From NCBI GenBank assembly GCA_903910555.1, contig CAIVZZ010000018.1:31363-95362 (forward strand): 64,000 bases of DNA, read 5' to 3'. The stretch comes from an uncultured Gemmatimonadota bacterium (lineage in GTDB: Bacteria > Gemmatimonadota > Gemmatimonadetes > Gemmatimonadales > Gemmatimonadaceae). Shown here piece by piece: positions 39,331-49,195 of this stretch. The notes below the pieces were generated by a model. That model was not told where the DNA came from. It made no database searches and was given only the letters and a program-made list of their open reading frames with translations. The position numbers were made by a program, and so were the translations under genes. Position 1 is the first letter of the stretch, and every line of letters begins with the position of its first letter.

Positions 39331-40644
39331 CTAACTCTCGCTCATGGAGCCGTGGAGGCGCTCAGGGAGCGCTGCCTCACACGCGATAAGCGAGATGACC
39401 ATACCGAGCAAGCGCACGCGCTCGACGTCTTCTTCGACGAACATGCCGTGCTGCGCGCGGTTCGTGAGATTGACGACCCCGAGCAGCTCATCGTGCAGCA
39501 CGAGCGGAAAACTGATGAACGAGCCGGTGGTGAGATATTCGTCGCCGAGGAGTGGATGCGGAATCGCGTCTTCGCCGGCGTCCATCACGAGGAGCGGCTC
39601 GCGCGACTCGGCGACTTTTCCCGCGACGCCCTGTCCCACCGTGATGTGCGATCCCTCCTTCACATGCGGCGCGAGGCCGCGCCCCGCGGCGAGATAGAGC
39701 GTGGTCGGATCACCGGGGACGCGCAGAAAGAGCGAGCAGCGGTGAGCCTGCATGTCGTCGCCGACAAGTGCGAGGAGGCCGTCGGCGAGCCGGCGCGGTT
39801 CTTCGCGTGCGGCGGCGAGCGTCAGCACGCGATCAAGCAGGTAGAGCGTACGCGTACGCTGGCGGAGCGCCTCGCTGGGACGATGCAGCTCGATGTGCGC
39901 CTGTTCGAGCGCGCCGACGGACGCGGTGAGCTGCTGCTCGAGAACGACCAGCTTTCTCGTGGCGCGGCGCGTCTCTTCGGCGACGCGCGCATCATCGCGC
40001 TCGCGTGAAAGCAGCACGGCGGCCTGCGACGCATCCGGTTTCGGCGTACTGCGCGCCTGACGCAGCTGCTCTTCGGTTGCCGCGAGCCGCGCGAGATAGT
40101 CGCCGTGAACCTTTTGCGTAACATCTTCGAGCGTCTGAACAGCTTCGAGGCGCGCTTCGCGCTCGGCAAAACGCAGAAACGCCATTTCGAACAGCGCGAC
40201 CATTGGTGCGAACCGCTCGGACACGCGGGTCCCGAACACACGTTTCGGTTCGAGCAGCGCGATGAGTCCCGCCAGCTGACCGTCGACACGCAATCCGATC
40301 ACCGACAACCAACCGCCATCACTGACACGCGGCATGGCGAGCATGCGCGCAAAGCCCGGTGACTCCTCTGCGAGATCGGCGAACAAACCGCCATCTGCGA
40401 TGGTCCTGCCGACGGTCTTCGGAAACTGATCGAGCGAAGCCTCCAATGCGACGCGCTCGATGGCGCCGTCGACCACAAGCGCCCGTTCGCGCAGCATCGA
40501 GCGCTTCGCGTCGAGGCGGAAGAGCGCGACACTCGCGCCGCGATCGGTCTCGGCGAGACCCTCCGCGAGCGCGACGAAGGCCGCATCGAGATCGGTCGCA
40601 GCACTCAGGGCGTGCGCGAGCGAACCGAGGGTATGTGGAGGCAT
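39331..40644 (-). CDS. GAF domain protein with coiled-coil linker, no output domain
   Basis: GQGVAGKVAESREPLLV, SFISFPL, GVVNLTN; start uncertain. Confidence 0.78.
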   Translation of the reverse strand: MPPHTLGSLAHALSAATDLDAAFVALAEGLAETDRGASVALFRLDAKRSMLRERALVVDGAIERVALEASLDQFPKTVGRTIADGGLFADLAEESPGFARMLAMPRVSDGGWLSVIGLRVDGQLAGLIALLEPKRVFGTRVSERFAPMVALFEMAFLRFAEREARLEAVQTLEDVTQKVHGDYLARLAATEEQLRQARSTPKPDASQAAVLLSRERDDARVAEETRRATRKLVVLEQQLTASVGALEQAHIELHRPSEALRQRTRTLYLLDRVLTLAAAREEPRRLADGLLALVGDDMQAHRCSLFLRVPGDPTTLYLAAGRGLAPHVKEGSHITVGQGVAGKVAESREPLLVMDAGEDAIPHPLLGDEYLTTGSFISFPLVLHDELLGVVNLTNRAQHGMFVEEDVERVRLLGMVISLIACEAALPERLHGSMSES

Positions 40645-40839
40645 TTTTCCGGGTGAGTCCGCGCGCGCCAATCGACGTGCGGCGGAAGTCGAAAGGTTGC
40701 GGCGGATGTCCGGTAAAGTCAATGCGTTTTCGCTTTTTGCTCAGAGTGAATAGCACGCGGCTGTCGGCGCAGAGCTTCAGCCTCGCAGCTGTTAGCTCTC
40801 AGCTTGAAGTCGCCTGTGCACGCGGCTACTTTTCTCAAG

Positions 40840-41634
40840 ATGGCGGGACGGACGCTACAGCTCGTTTTGCACTACGATGGCAGCGACTTCGCGGGTTGGC
40901 AGGTCCAACCGGCGCAGCGAACGGTGCAAGGCGTTCTTGAAGCGGCACTTTCCCGATTGCTCGACGAGCCGGTGCGCATAGCGGGCGCCGGACGGACGGA
41001 TGCCGGGGTGCATGCGCGCGGCCAGGCGGCCAGCGTTGAGGTGCCTTTGCATTGGACGGTGGAGAAGCTGCATAAGGCGCTGAACAGCCAACTCCCCGAC
41101 GACGTCTGGGTGGCGCGGACCTTCGAAATGAAGCCCGGCTTCCATGCCCGTTTCAGCGCGACCGGACGTCGATACAGCTACGCGGTGGGGCTCGACGAGG
41201 CAACGCACTCTCCTTTTCGCCGGCGATGGGAATACGCCTGGACGAAGGCAGACCGGGCCCTCAGCCGCGAAGCGCTCGACTGGTGTGCAGAGCGGACGAT
41301 GGGTCAGCATCGGTTTTTCGGATTCGCGGTGCGCGGAACGGCGCCCGCGACAGACGATCACCGGTGCGAAGTGCGGTGCTGCCGTTGGCGCGATTTGCCG
41401 GAAGTTTTGCACGGCGGGCTGGTGCTCGACATCGAAGCGAACCGGTTTCTGCATCACATGGTGCGCTTTCTCGTTGGCACGATGCTCGACGTGGCAGGTG
41501 GCCGGCGGCCGCGCGAGGACTTCGAAGCGCTCCTCACGGCAACGACGAACGACGAAGTGTCGCCGCCGGCACCGCCGCAGGGACTGTGTCTCGAGAAAGT
41601 CACCTACCCCGACGACCTCTACCTCACCGCCTGA
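40840..41634 (+). CDS. truA: tRNA pseudouridine(38-40) synthase
   Basis: YDGSDFAGWQ, GRTDAGVHA, FHARF, FLHHMVR; TTGAAG-17-TACTTT-N7-ATG upstream. Confidence 0.95.
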   Translation: MAGRTLQLVLHYDGSDFAGWQVQPAQRTVQGVLEAALSRLLDEPVRIAGAGRTDAGVHARGQAASVEVPLHWTVEKLHKALNSQLPDDVWVARTFEMKPGFHARFSATGRRYSYAVGLDEATHSPFRRRWEYAWTKADRALSREALDWCAERTMGQHRFFGFAVRGTAPATDDHRCEVRCCRWRDLPEVLHGGLVLDIEANRFLHHMVRFLVGTMLDVAGGRRPREDFEALLTATTNDEVSPPAPPQGLCLEKVTYPDDLYLTA

Positions 41635-41657
41635 TTCGCGAGCGACGACACCGATCA

Positions 41658-42323
41658 ATGAGAATCTTCCTCGCCACCACTTCGCTCGACGAAATCCGTT
41701 GGGCCACTGCCGCCTCGCTGATCGACGGCGTCGTCGCGACTCCGACCGTCATCGCGACCGAACTGCCCACCGCGGATGCGCGTGAGGTCGTCACCGAGAT
41801 CGCGCGCGGCACGAAACTTCCGATTTGCGCCAGCGTCCCGGCGATCGGCGCGAGCGACATTTACAAAGGTGCGAAAGAACTCGCGAAGTCGGTCGATCAT
41901 CTGATCGTCGCCGTCCCGTTCATTGAAGACGCGGTACCGGCGATCAGGAAACTCGCGAACGACGGCGTGAAGGTCGCTGCGACGCTCATCTACTCAACCG
42001 CGCAGGGGATTCTCGCGGCGAAAGCTGGTGCGTCGCTCGTCACAGTCGCGATCGACACGCTGGAGTCAGTCGGACAGAGCGGACCGGACTTGATTTACGA
42101 ACTTCGCTCGGCGTTCGACCACGCCTCCACGGAATGCGATATCGCCGCAGCCGGGCCGTCGAGTGCGTCGAGCTTCGCCGCGTGCGCCGCGGCCGGCGCG
42201 GACGTTGCGATCGTAACGCCCGCCGTGCTTCGCGCGCTGCTCCAGCATCCGCTCACGGATCGCGGACTCGACCGATTCCTCGGCGACATCAGCCGTCGCT
42301 CCAAACCACGCCGAGCGCGATGA
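41658..42323 (+). CDS. transaldolase/FSA-fold protein lacking catalytic residues
   Basis: TLIYSTAQ, AAKAGA, HPLTDRGLDRF conserved, but FLAT, VATP, IVAVP replace FxDT, TTNP, VVKIP. Confidence 0.8.
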   Translation: MRIFLATTSLDEIRWATAASLIDGVVATPTVIATELPTADAREVVTEIARGTKLPICASVPAIGASDIYKGAKELAKSVDHLIVAVPFIEDAVPAIRKLANDGVKVAATLIYSTAQGILAAKAGASLVTVAIDTLESVGQSGPDLIYELRSAFDHASTECDIAAAGPSSASSFAACAAAGADVAIVTPAVLRALLQHPLTDRGLDRFLGDISRRSKPRRAR

Positions 42324-43732
42324 GATTTCGTCCGCTGGTACTCGTCTGCGCCGCGCCCATTTTGGTCGCGTGTGAAGGCGCGTCGCCTGCGCCGTCGAAT
42401 GCGCAGACACTGCATGCGCCGGCGCCGTCGTCCAACGCCATCAGCAGCCAGCGCCGCAACGCGATCACCGATGCTGTGCAGAAAGTCGCGCCATCGGTCG
42501 TTACCGTGCAAACGGAAATGGTGCAGCACGTGGCCGCATCGCCTGCGGACTTCTTTTTCGGGACACAGAGCGGCCAGCAGGTTCAGGCCGGCCTCGGTTC
42601 CGGCTTCATCGTCCGCGAGGACGGCGTCATCGTCACCAACGCGCACGTCGTCAGCGGCGCGACAAAAATCAGTGTCGCGCTGCGCGATGGAACGTCGTAT
42701 CCTGCGAAACTCATCGGCATCGACGACCAAAACGATCTCGCCGTTCTGAAGATCGACGCCAGGAAACTTCCTGTCGCCGCGCTGGGCACGTCGCGTGATC
42801 TGATGATCGGCGAATGGGCGATCGCGATCGGGAATCCGTTCGGTTTCATCCTCGGCAACACCGAACCGAGCGTAACCGCCGGTGTGATCAGTGCCACCGG
42901 CAGAAATCTTACGGCACGCGCCGAAGGTCAGGGCGTGTATGTCGACATGATCCAAACGGACGCCGCGATCAATCAGGGCAACTCCGGCGGACCGCTCGTG
43001 AACGCGCTCGGTGAAGTCATCGGCGTCAACAGCTCGATCTATTCGCCGAGTGCGAGTGGCGGCAACGTCGGGTTGGGTTTCGCCATTCCGATCGATCGCG
43101 CACGCCGCGTCGCCGACGACCTTCTCATTCACGGCAAAGTTCGCAAGCCCTGGATCGGTGTGAAGATGGAGTACCCGCAGCAGACGGCGCTGACGCGTGA
43201 TGCGCTGAACTCCGGCGCGCCGATTCATGAGGTCGTTCCGGGCTCGCCAGCCGCCGAAGCAGGGCTCGTCGCCGGGGATGTGCTCGTGCGTGCAAGCGAT
43301 CGCGTGATCAAGAACACGTACGATTGGGACGCAGAGCTACTGGAACTTCACGTCGACGATGTCGTCCCCGTGACCGTGCGGCGTGCCGGCAGAGAGATCC
43401 AGTCGAAGGTGAAAGTCGCGGACTTCCCAGAGGTGAACGCGCAGCGCGTTGCGGTCCTCAAAGAACTCGAACTGATCTCGCTGACGCCCGCGATCCGCGC
43501 AGAGCGAAGCATCAGGAACACACAGGGTGCGCTGATCGCAACCGTGTCGCAAACGGTATCGAGCAGTCTTGGAATTCAGACCGGCGATGTGATCGTGCGC
43601 ATCAACGACTCGCCTGTTGCCGATGCACAGCAGGCGAAGCGCATGCTTGAATCGCTGTCTGGCAAAGGGCAGTCGCGGATGATTTTCGAACGCGGCGGTC
43701 GCCTCCTCTACACCGACTTCTCGATCCGATGA
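42320..43732 (+). CDS. HtrA/DegP-type serine protease with two PDZ domains, probable lipoprotein
   Basis: GSGF, TNAHV, DLAVL, GNSGG; LVAC lipobox-like; ATGA overlap. Confidence 0.92.
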   Translation: MRFRPLVLVCAAPILVACEGASPAPSNAQTLHAPAPSSNAISSQRRNAITDAVQKVAPSVVTVQTEMVQHVAASPADFFFGTQSGQQVQAGLGSGFIVREDGVIVTNAHVVSGATKISVALRDGTSYPAKLIGIDDQNDLAVLKIDARKLPVAALGTSRDLMIGEWAIAIGNPFGFILGNTEPSVTAGVISATGRNLTARAEGQGVYVDMIQTDAAINQGNSGGPLVNALGEVIGVNSSIYSPSASGGNVGLGFAIPIDRARRVADDLLIHGKVRKPWIGVKMEYPQQTALTRDALNSGAPIHEVVPGSPAAEAGLVAGDVLVRASDRVIKNTYDWDAELLELHVDDVVPVTVRRAGREIQSKVKVADFPEVNAQRVAVLKELELISLTPAIRAERSIRNTQGALIATVSQTVSSSLGIQTGDVIVRINDSPVADAQQAKRMLESLSGKGQSRMIFERGGRLLYTDFSIR

Positions 43733-45162
43733 CACATGATCGATACAGCTCTCCGCTCGCCGAGCGTTACGCGTCGGCCGCGATGCTGTCGCTCTGGTCG
43801 GCGCAGACGCGTCATGGCCTCTGGCGGCGACTGTGGCTGGCGCTCGCTGAAGCCGAGCGCGATCTCGGCGTTGATATTTCCGCGGCGGCGATCGCCGAGA
43901 TGAAGCTGCATCTCGATGACATCGACTTCGCGAAAGTTGCCGAATTCGAGAAGCGATTCCGGCATGATGTGATGGCGCACGTGCACGCGTTTGGTGAGGT
44001 CGCGCCCGCTGCACGCGGTGTAATCCACCTCGGTGCGACGAGCGCGTACGTCACCGACAACGGCGACCTGATTCAGATGTATCGCGGGCTGGGGCTGCTG
44101 CGTGCGCGCGTGATTTCCGTGCTGCGGACGCTCGGCGGATTCGCCGCGAAGTGGAAATCAGAACCGACGCTTGGCTATACACACCTGCAGCCGGCGCAGC
44201 TCACGACCGTCGGAAAGCGCGCGACGCTCTGGATGCAGGATCTCGTACTCGACCTTGCCGACATCGACTTCCGCCTCGCGAATCTCCCGCTGCGTGGCGT
44301 GAAGGGAACGACCGGCACGCAGGCGAGTTTTCTGGAAATGTTCAAGGGTGATCACGCCAAAGTTCGTGAGCTCGACCGCCGCGTGACGCAGGCGATGGGC
44401 TTTCAGACTTCCCTTCCCGTCACCGGCCAGACCTACTCGCGCAAGATCGACGCGCAGGTGCTTGGCGTTGTGGCGGGGATCGCGGCGAGCGCGGCGAAAT
44501 TCGCGAGCGACATGCGCGTACTGCAGGCCTTTGGAGAAATCGAAGAGCCATTCGAGAAAGAGCAGATCGGGTCGAGCGCGATGGCGTACAAGCGAAACCC
44601 GATGCGTTCCGAACGGATCAACTCGCTCTCGCGCTTTGTGCTGTCGCTCGAGCCAAACGCGAATCAGACGCACAGCGTGCAGTTCTTCGAGCGCACGCTG
44701 GACGACAGCGCCAATCGCCGCCTCTCGATTCCCGAGGCGTTTCTCGCGACCGATGCCGTGCTGATCCTGATGGAGAACATCGCGGCCGGTCTCGAAGTGC
44801 ATCCGGCGCGCATCCGCGCGCGCATCGCCGACGAACTGCCTTTCATGGCGACCGAGTCGCTCATCGTCCGCGCGGTAGAGGCGGGCGGCGACCGGCAGGT
44901 GGCGCACGAAGTCATCCGCAAGCACAGCATCGCCGCCGCCCGCGCGATGAAAGACGAAGGGGCAAAGAACGACATGCTCGAACGCCTCGCGAAGGACGAC
45001 GCGTTTGGCGTTCCGATGAGTGACCTGCACGCCGCTGCTGACCCCGCGCGATTCATTGGCCGTGCGTCCGCGCAGGTCGACGATTTTCTCTCTGAAGTTA
45101 TTCATCCCATCCTGCAACGCGCTGGGAGCGATACCCGGGCGCTCGAAGAGGTTCGTGTATGA
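43729..45162 (+). CDS. purB: adenylosuccinate lyase
   Basis: [25 protein letters not shown]. Confidence 0.95.
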   Translation: MTHDRYSSPLAERYASAAMLSLWSAQTRHGLWRRLWLALAEAERDLGVDISAAAIAEMKLHLDDIDFAKVAEFEKRFRHDVMAHVHAFGEVAPAARGVIHLGATSAYVTDNGDLIQMYRGLGLLRARVISVLRTLGGFAAKWKSEPTLGYTHLQPAQLTTVGKRATLWMQDLVLDLADIDFRLANLPLRGVKGTTGTQASFLEMFKGDHAKVRELDRRVTQAMGFQTSLPVTGQTYSRKIDAQVLGVVAGIAASAAKFASDMRVLQAFGEIEEPFEKEQIGSSAMAYKRNPMRSERINSLSRFVLSLEPNANQTHSVQFFERTLDDSANRRLSIPEAFLATDAVLILMENIAAGLEVHPARIRARIADELPFMATESLIVRAVEAGGDRQVAHEVIRKHSIAAARAMKDEGAKNDMLERLAKDDAFGVPMSDLHAAADPARFIGRASAQVDDFLSEVIHPILQRAGSDTRALEEVRV

Positions 45163-46082
45163 CGGTTGTCGGCCTGACAGATCTCCCCCTCGAACGCGTG
45201 CGTCGCGGCAAAGTGCGCGACGTGTACGCCGTTGACGCGAATCGTCTGCTGCTCGTCGCGAGCGATCGCGTGAGCGCGTTCGACGTGGTGATGAACGAAC
45301 TTCTGCCGCACAAAGGTGCGGTGCTCACGCAGATCACCGCTTGGTGGCTGAAGCAATTCGAAGGTGACCTCGCCCATCATATGCTGAGTGCGGACGCCGG
45401 CGAGATCGTGAAGGAAGTCCCGGTGCTTGCGCCGCATCGCGCGATGCTCGAAGGACGCGCGATGCTCTGCCGCCGCACGGAAGTCTTCCCCGTGGAATGC
45501 GTCGTACGCGGCTACATCTCCGGATCTGCCTGGAAGGAGTACAAGGCCTCGGGTACGCTTGCCGGCGAGAAACTTCCGGACGGGATGGTCGAGAGCGATC
45601 GTTTTGCGAATCCGATCTTCAGCCCGGCGACCAAGGCTGAGACCGGCCACGACGAGAACATCACGATCCCGCAAATGCGCAAAGAACTCGGCGATGCGAA
45701 CACGGCCGAGCTCGAGCGCCTGAGCCGTCACATTTACTCGCGCGGCCGGGACATCGCGGCAACGCGCGGAATTATCATTGCCGATACGAAGTTCGAGTTC
45801 GGCCATGTCGACGGAAAGATCATTCTCATCGACGAAGTACTGACCCCCGACAGCTCACGTTTCTGGGCCGCCGATCAGTTCAAGCCGGGCAAATCCCAGC
45901 CGAGCTTCGACAAGCAGCCGCTGCGCGACTGGCTGGACGTCGAGAAGAAGGCGGGACGCTGGGACGGCAACGTGCCGCCGCCGACGCTCCCGAACGAAGT
46001 CGTGATGGAGACGAGCCGCCGCTATCTCAACGCGTTCGAGCGCGTCACCGGTGCGCCGCTCTCCATCGCCGGAGCAAAATGA
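45159..46082 (+). CDS. purC: SAICAR synthase
   Basis: [34 protein letters not shown]. Confidence 0.96.
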   Translation: MTVVGLTDLPLERVRRGKVRDVYAVDANRLLLVASDRVSAFDVVMNELLPHKGAVLTQITAWWLKQFEGDLAHHMLSADAGEIVKEVPVLAPHRAMLEGRAMLCRRTEVFPVECVVRGYISGSAWKEYKASGTLAGEKLPDGMVESDRFANPIFSPATKAETGHDENITIPQMRKELGDANTAELERLSRHIYSRGRDIAATRGIIIADTKFEFGHVDGKIILIDEVLTPDSSRFWAADQFKPGKSQPSFDKQPLRDWLDVEKKAGRWDGNVPPPTLPNEVVMETSRRYLNAFERVTGAPLSIAGAK

Positions 46083-46726
46083 ACGTCGCCCGTGAAGGGA
46101 TTCCCTTTATCCTGATTGCCGCGGCGCTCGCGGCGGGCAGTTTCGGCATGGCGCTCCTGCGTCGGTCGTGGCCGCTCTGGCTGCTGGCGTTTGTGCTGAC
46201 GGTTGTCGCGCTCTGGGTTGCCTATTTCTTCCGCGATCCCGAGCGCACGGGCGAGCGAGGCGATGCGCTCGTCGTCTCGCCGGCCGACGGTCGGGTCGTG
46301 ATGATCACCGATGTCGACGAGCCGTCGTTCGTGCACGGCAAAGCAACACGGATCTCGATCTTCATGAACATTTTCAACGTGCACGTGAACCGGTATCCGG
46401 TGACGGGCGCGGTGAAATACGTGCACTACAATCCCGGCAAGTTCATGAACGCCGCCGCGGATAAGGCGAGCCTCGACAACGAACAGATGTCGGTCGGACT
46501 CGAGACGAATGGAAAGCTCATTCTGGTCCGGCAGATCGCGGGCGCAGTGGCCCGGCGCATCGTGACGTACAGCAAAGTTGGCGACGCGGCCGCACAGGGC
46601 GAACGCTTTGGACTGATCCGTTTCGGATCGCGCGTGGATGTCTTCGTGCCGACTAACAGCAAGGTGCGCGTGAAGATCGGCGACAAGCCGGTTGCGGGCA
46701 CGACGGTACTGGCTGAGCTGCCCTGA
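46079..46726 (+). CDS. psd: phosphatidylserine decarboxylase proenzyme
   Basis: FFRDPER, SPADG, NVHVNR, RFGSRVD. Confidence 0.92.
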   Translation: MNVAREGIPFILIAAALAAGSFGMALLRRSWPLWLLAFVLTVVALWVAYFFRDPERTGERGDALVVSPADGRVVMITDVDEPSFVHGKATRISIFMNIFNVHVNRYPVTGAVKYVHYNPGKFMNAAADKASLDNEQMSVGLETNGKLILVRQIAGAVARRIVTYSKVGDAAAQGERFGLIRFGSRVDVFVPTNSKVRVKIGDKPVAGTTVLAELP

Positions 46727-47619
46727 TGCGACGTCCGCGGCTCCCGCGCCCATCAGTGGTGATGCTGCCCAACGGCTTCACCTTGATGAATCTGTTTTTC
46801 GGCGTGTTTGCCATTGTCACGGCCGCGCGCGGCGATCATGAGCGCGCGGTGTGGTACATCATCATCGGCGCCGTATGCGACGCGATCGACGGCCGCGTTG
46901 CGCGCGCTACGGGGACTGGCAGCCGTTTCGGTGAAGAGCTGGACTCGCTGGTCGACGCGATCTCATTCGGGTTCGCTCCGGCGATCCTGATTTATTTTGC
47001 CGTCCTGCGCAAAGACGGACTCGACTGGGTCTTTGTGTTCCTGTTCTCCGCGTGCGCCGTGATGCGGCTCGCGCGGTTCAACGTCGAGCAGGCGGGCCGA
47101 AAAAAGACTTACTATCGCGGTCTTCCGAGTCCGGTCGCGGGCGGTGTGCTCGCCACGTACTTCTGGTTCAGCCAGACGCCGCTCTACAACGAGACGGTCA
47201 TTAGCGATTTGCCGTGGCACACCATGGTCCGTTTTCTCATGGCGGGCCTCGCGTTCCTGATGATCAGCAACGTCCCATACCCGACCGTTCCGACATTCAG
47301 TATCCGCACGATTCGCGGTGTGCTTGGACTCGTAATTTTCATCGGGCTGATTTTTGGAATGATCTTCCTGCCGAAGGATTTCTTCTTCCCGGTGGGAATG
47401 TTGTACGTCGCGCTTGGCGTCGTCTCATCGTTCCTCAAGGGACTGCTCGACCGCCCGCAGGCCGGTGAGGGGCCCGAGTCCACCGAGGAACCGAACTTGT
47501 TCGGCGAGCAGGACGATGACTTGGCGGCTGACGACGACGCTCCACGACAGCGCCGTCGTCGATTCCGCGGAGCCCGGCGCAAGCCCGATCGCATCCCCCC
47601 AGAGGAACCTTCTGCATGA
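46726..47619 (+). CDS. pssA: CDP-diacylglycerol--serine O-phosphatidyltransferase
   Basis: DAIDGRVAR..G.ELDSLVD, RLARFN, GLPSP. Confidence 0.9.
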   Translation: MRRPRLPRPSVVMLPNGFTLMNLFFGVFAIVTAARGDHERAVWYIIIGAVCDAIDGRVARATGTGSRFGEELDSLVDAISFGFAPAILIYFAVLRKDGLDWVFVFLFSACAVMRLARFNVEQAGRKKTYYRGLPSPVAGGVLATYFWFSQTPLYNETVISDLPWHTMVRFLMAGLAFLMISNVPYPTVPTFSIRTIRGVLGLVIFIGLIFGMIFLPKDFFFPVGMLYVALGVVSSFLKGLLDRPQAGEGPESTEEPNLFGEQDDDLAADDDAPRQRRRRFRGARRKPDRIPPEEPSA

Positions 47620-47626
47620 TTTCCGC

Positions 47627-47884
47627 ATGACGCGATTCAGAGTATCCGTTCACATCATTCCGCGCCGCGGCCTCCTCGATCCTCAGGGAAAGGCCGTTAC
47701 GGACGCACTGCATACCCTCGGCTTTGCCGCAGTCGGCGAAGTGCACGTTGGACGCCATCTCGTGATCGAGACCGGCGCGAAAGACGCTGCCGCAGCTGAA
47801 GCGAGCGTGCGCACGATGTGCGAGCGACTGCTCGCGAACCCGGTCACCGAAGATTTTGAAATTGCCGGAGTAGTCAAAGAATGA
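47627..47884 (+). CDS. purS: FGAM synthase subunit PurS
   Basis: LDPQGKAV, LLANPVTE. Confidence 0.93.
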   Translation: MTRFRVSVHIIPRRGLLDPQGKAVTDALHTLGFAAVGEVHVGRHLVIETGAKDAAAAEASVRTMCERLLANPVTEDFEIAGVVKE

Positions 47885-48570
47885 AGGTCGGCATTGTGAC
47901 TTTTCCTGGTTCGAACTGCGAAGGCGATGCATTCCACGCAGTCGTCGATCAGCTCGGTGAACAGGCTGTGATGCTTTGGCACAAGGATCACGATCTTCAG
48001 GGCAGCGACGTCGTGATTCTGCCGGGCGGATTCGCATACGGTGACTACCTCCGCGCCGGCGCGATTGCGCGGTTTAGCCCGATTATGAAAGAGGTCGCCG
48101 CGCACGCGGCGAAGGGTGGCGTCGTGCTCGGCATCTGCAACGGATTCCAGATCGCATGCGAAGCCGGTTTGCTGCCCGGCGCCCTGCTGCGGAACGACGT
48201 CGGGTATCGCTCGATGCCGGTGACGATTCGGGTCGAGCATACCAACACGACGTTCACATCGGTCGCGAAAGTCGGACAGTGCCTCACGATGCCTATCGCG
48301 CACGGTGAAGGGCGCTACGCTGCCAGTGACGACGTTCTCGATCAGCTGGAGTCCGACGGCCAGGTGCTCTTCCGCTACGTGAACGCCGCAGGTGAAACGA
48401 CCGTCGATGCAAATCCCAACGGCGCGATGCGCAACATCGCCGGCGTTTGCAATGCGGCGCGCAATGTGATCGGCTTGATGCCGCATCCGGAGCGCGCCGT
48501 TGATCTGCTGCTCGGTTCGATTGACGGGCTCGTGTTGTTTGAATCGCTGCTGGTTGCCGCTCACGCCTGA
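47881..48570 (+). CDS. purQ: FGAM synthase glutaminase subunit
   Basis: FPGSNC, GICNGFQ, MPHPER. Confidence 0.95.
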   Translation: MKVGIVTFPGSNCEGDAFHAVVDQLGEQAVMLWHKDHDLQGSDVVILPGGFAYGDYLRAGAIARFSPIMKEVAAHAAKGGVVLGICNGFQIACEAGLLPGALLRNDVGYRSMPVTIRVEHTNTTFTSVAKVGQCLTMPIAHGEGRYAASDDVLDQLESDGQVLFRYVNAAGETTVDANPNGAMRNIAGVCNAARNVIGLMPHPERAVDLLLGSIDGLVLFESLLVAAHA

Positions 48571-48583
48571 CCGGAGATCGTTC

Positions 48584-49195
48584 ATGCGCAATATCCGATT
48601 GGTTGCATTTCTATTGGCCGCCGTCGCAGGCAGCGCGAGCGCGCAGTCGTCGATCGATCCGGGGATGACGAAGGATCAGGTCATCGCGAAGCTCGGCAAG
48701 CCGGCGTCGGAGCACACGAGCGGCAACTCGACCTATCTCTATTACGCGAATGGCGAAGAGAAGAAAGTCGGCATGAGTGACATGGTCGCACTCGAAGACG
48801 GAAAAGTTGTCGACGCCGTATTTCGCTCGCCGAACCGCAAATACAGCGGGAAGAGTTCGTCGCCTGCGCCGGTGTCGACAGACGCAGCGATCGCGAAAGG
48901 AAACGGCGGCAAGATGCCGGTGCACGCGGCGGCGCCAATGAAGCTGCCTGCCGCAGCGACCAAGAAGCCTGCGGAAACGAAGAAGGCCGCGCCGCCAGCC
49001 AAAGCGCCTGAAGCCAAGAAGGCCGCCGCGCCCACGTCAAAAGTGCCAGAAACAAAGAAAGCGGCTCCGCCGACCTCAAAGACCCCGGAACCGAAAACGA
49101 AAGTCGACACGAAGAAGATCGCCGCTCCGCCTGCAAAAACCGCCAAGCCCGATACATCCAAGAAGTCCGCACCCGCACCAGCCAAAAAACCTTGA
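48584..49195 (+). CDS. secreted protein, BamE/SmpA-like domain plus Lys/Pro/Ala-rich tail
   Basis: Signal peptide [18 protein letters not shown]; repeated [13 protein letters not shown] units. Confidence 0.7.
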   Translation: MRNIRLVAFLLAAVAGSASAQSSIDPGMTKDQVIAKLGKPASEHTSGNSTYLYYANGEEKKVGMSDMVALEDGKVVDAVFRSPNRKYSGKSSSPAPVSTDAAIAKGNGGKMPVHAAAPMKLPAAATKKPAETKKAAPPAKAPEAKKAAAPTSKVPETKKAAPPTSKTPEPKTKVDTKKIAAPPAKTAKPDTSKKSAPAPAKKP

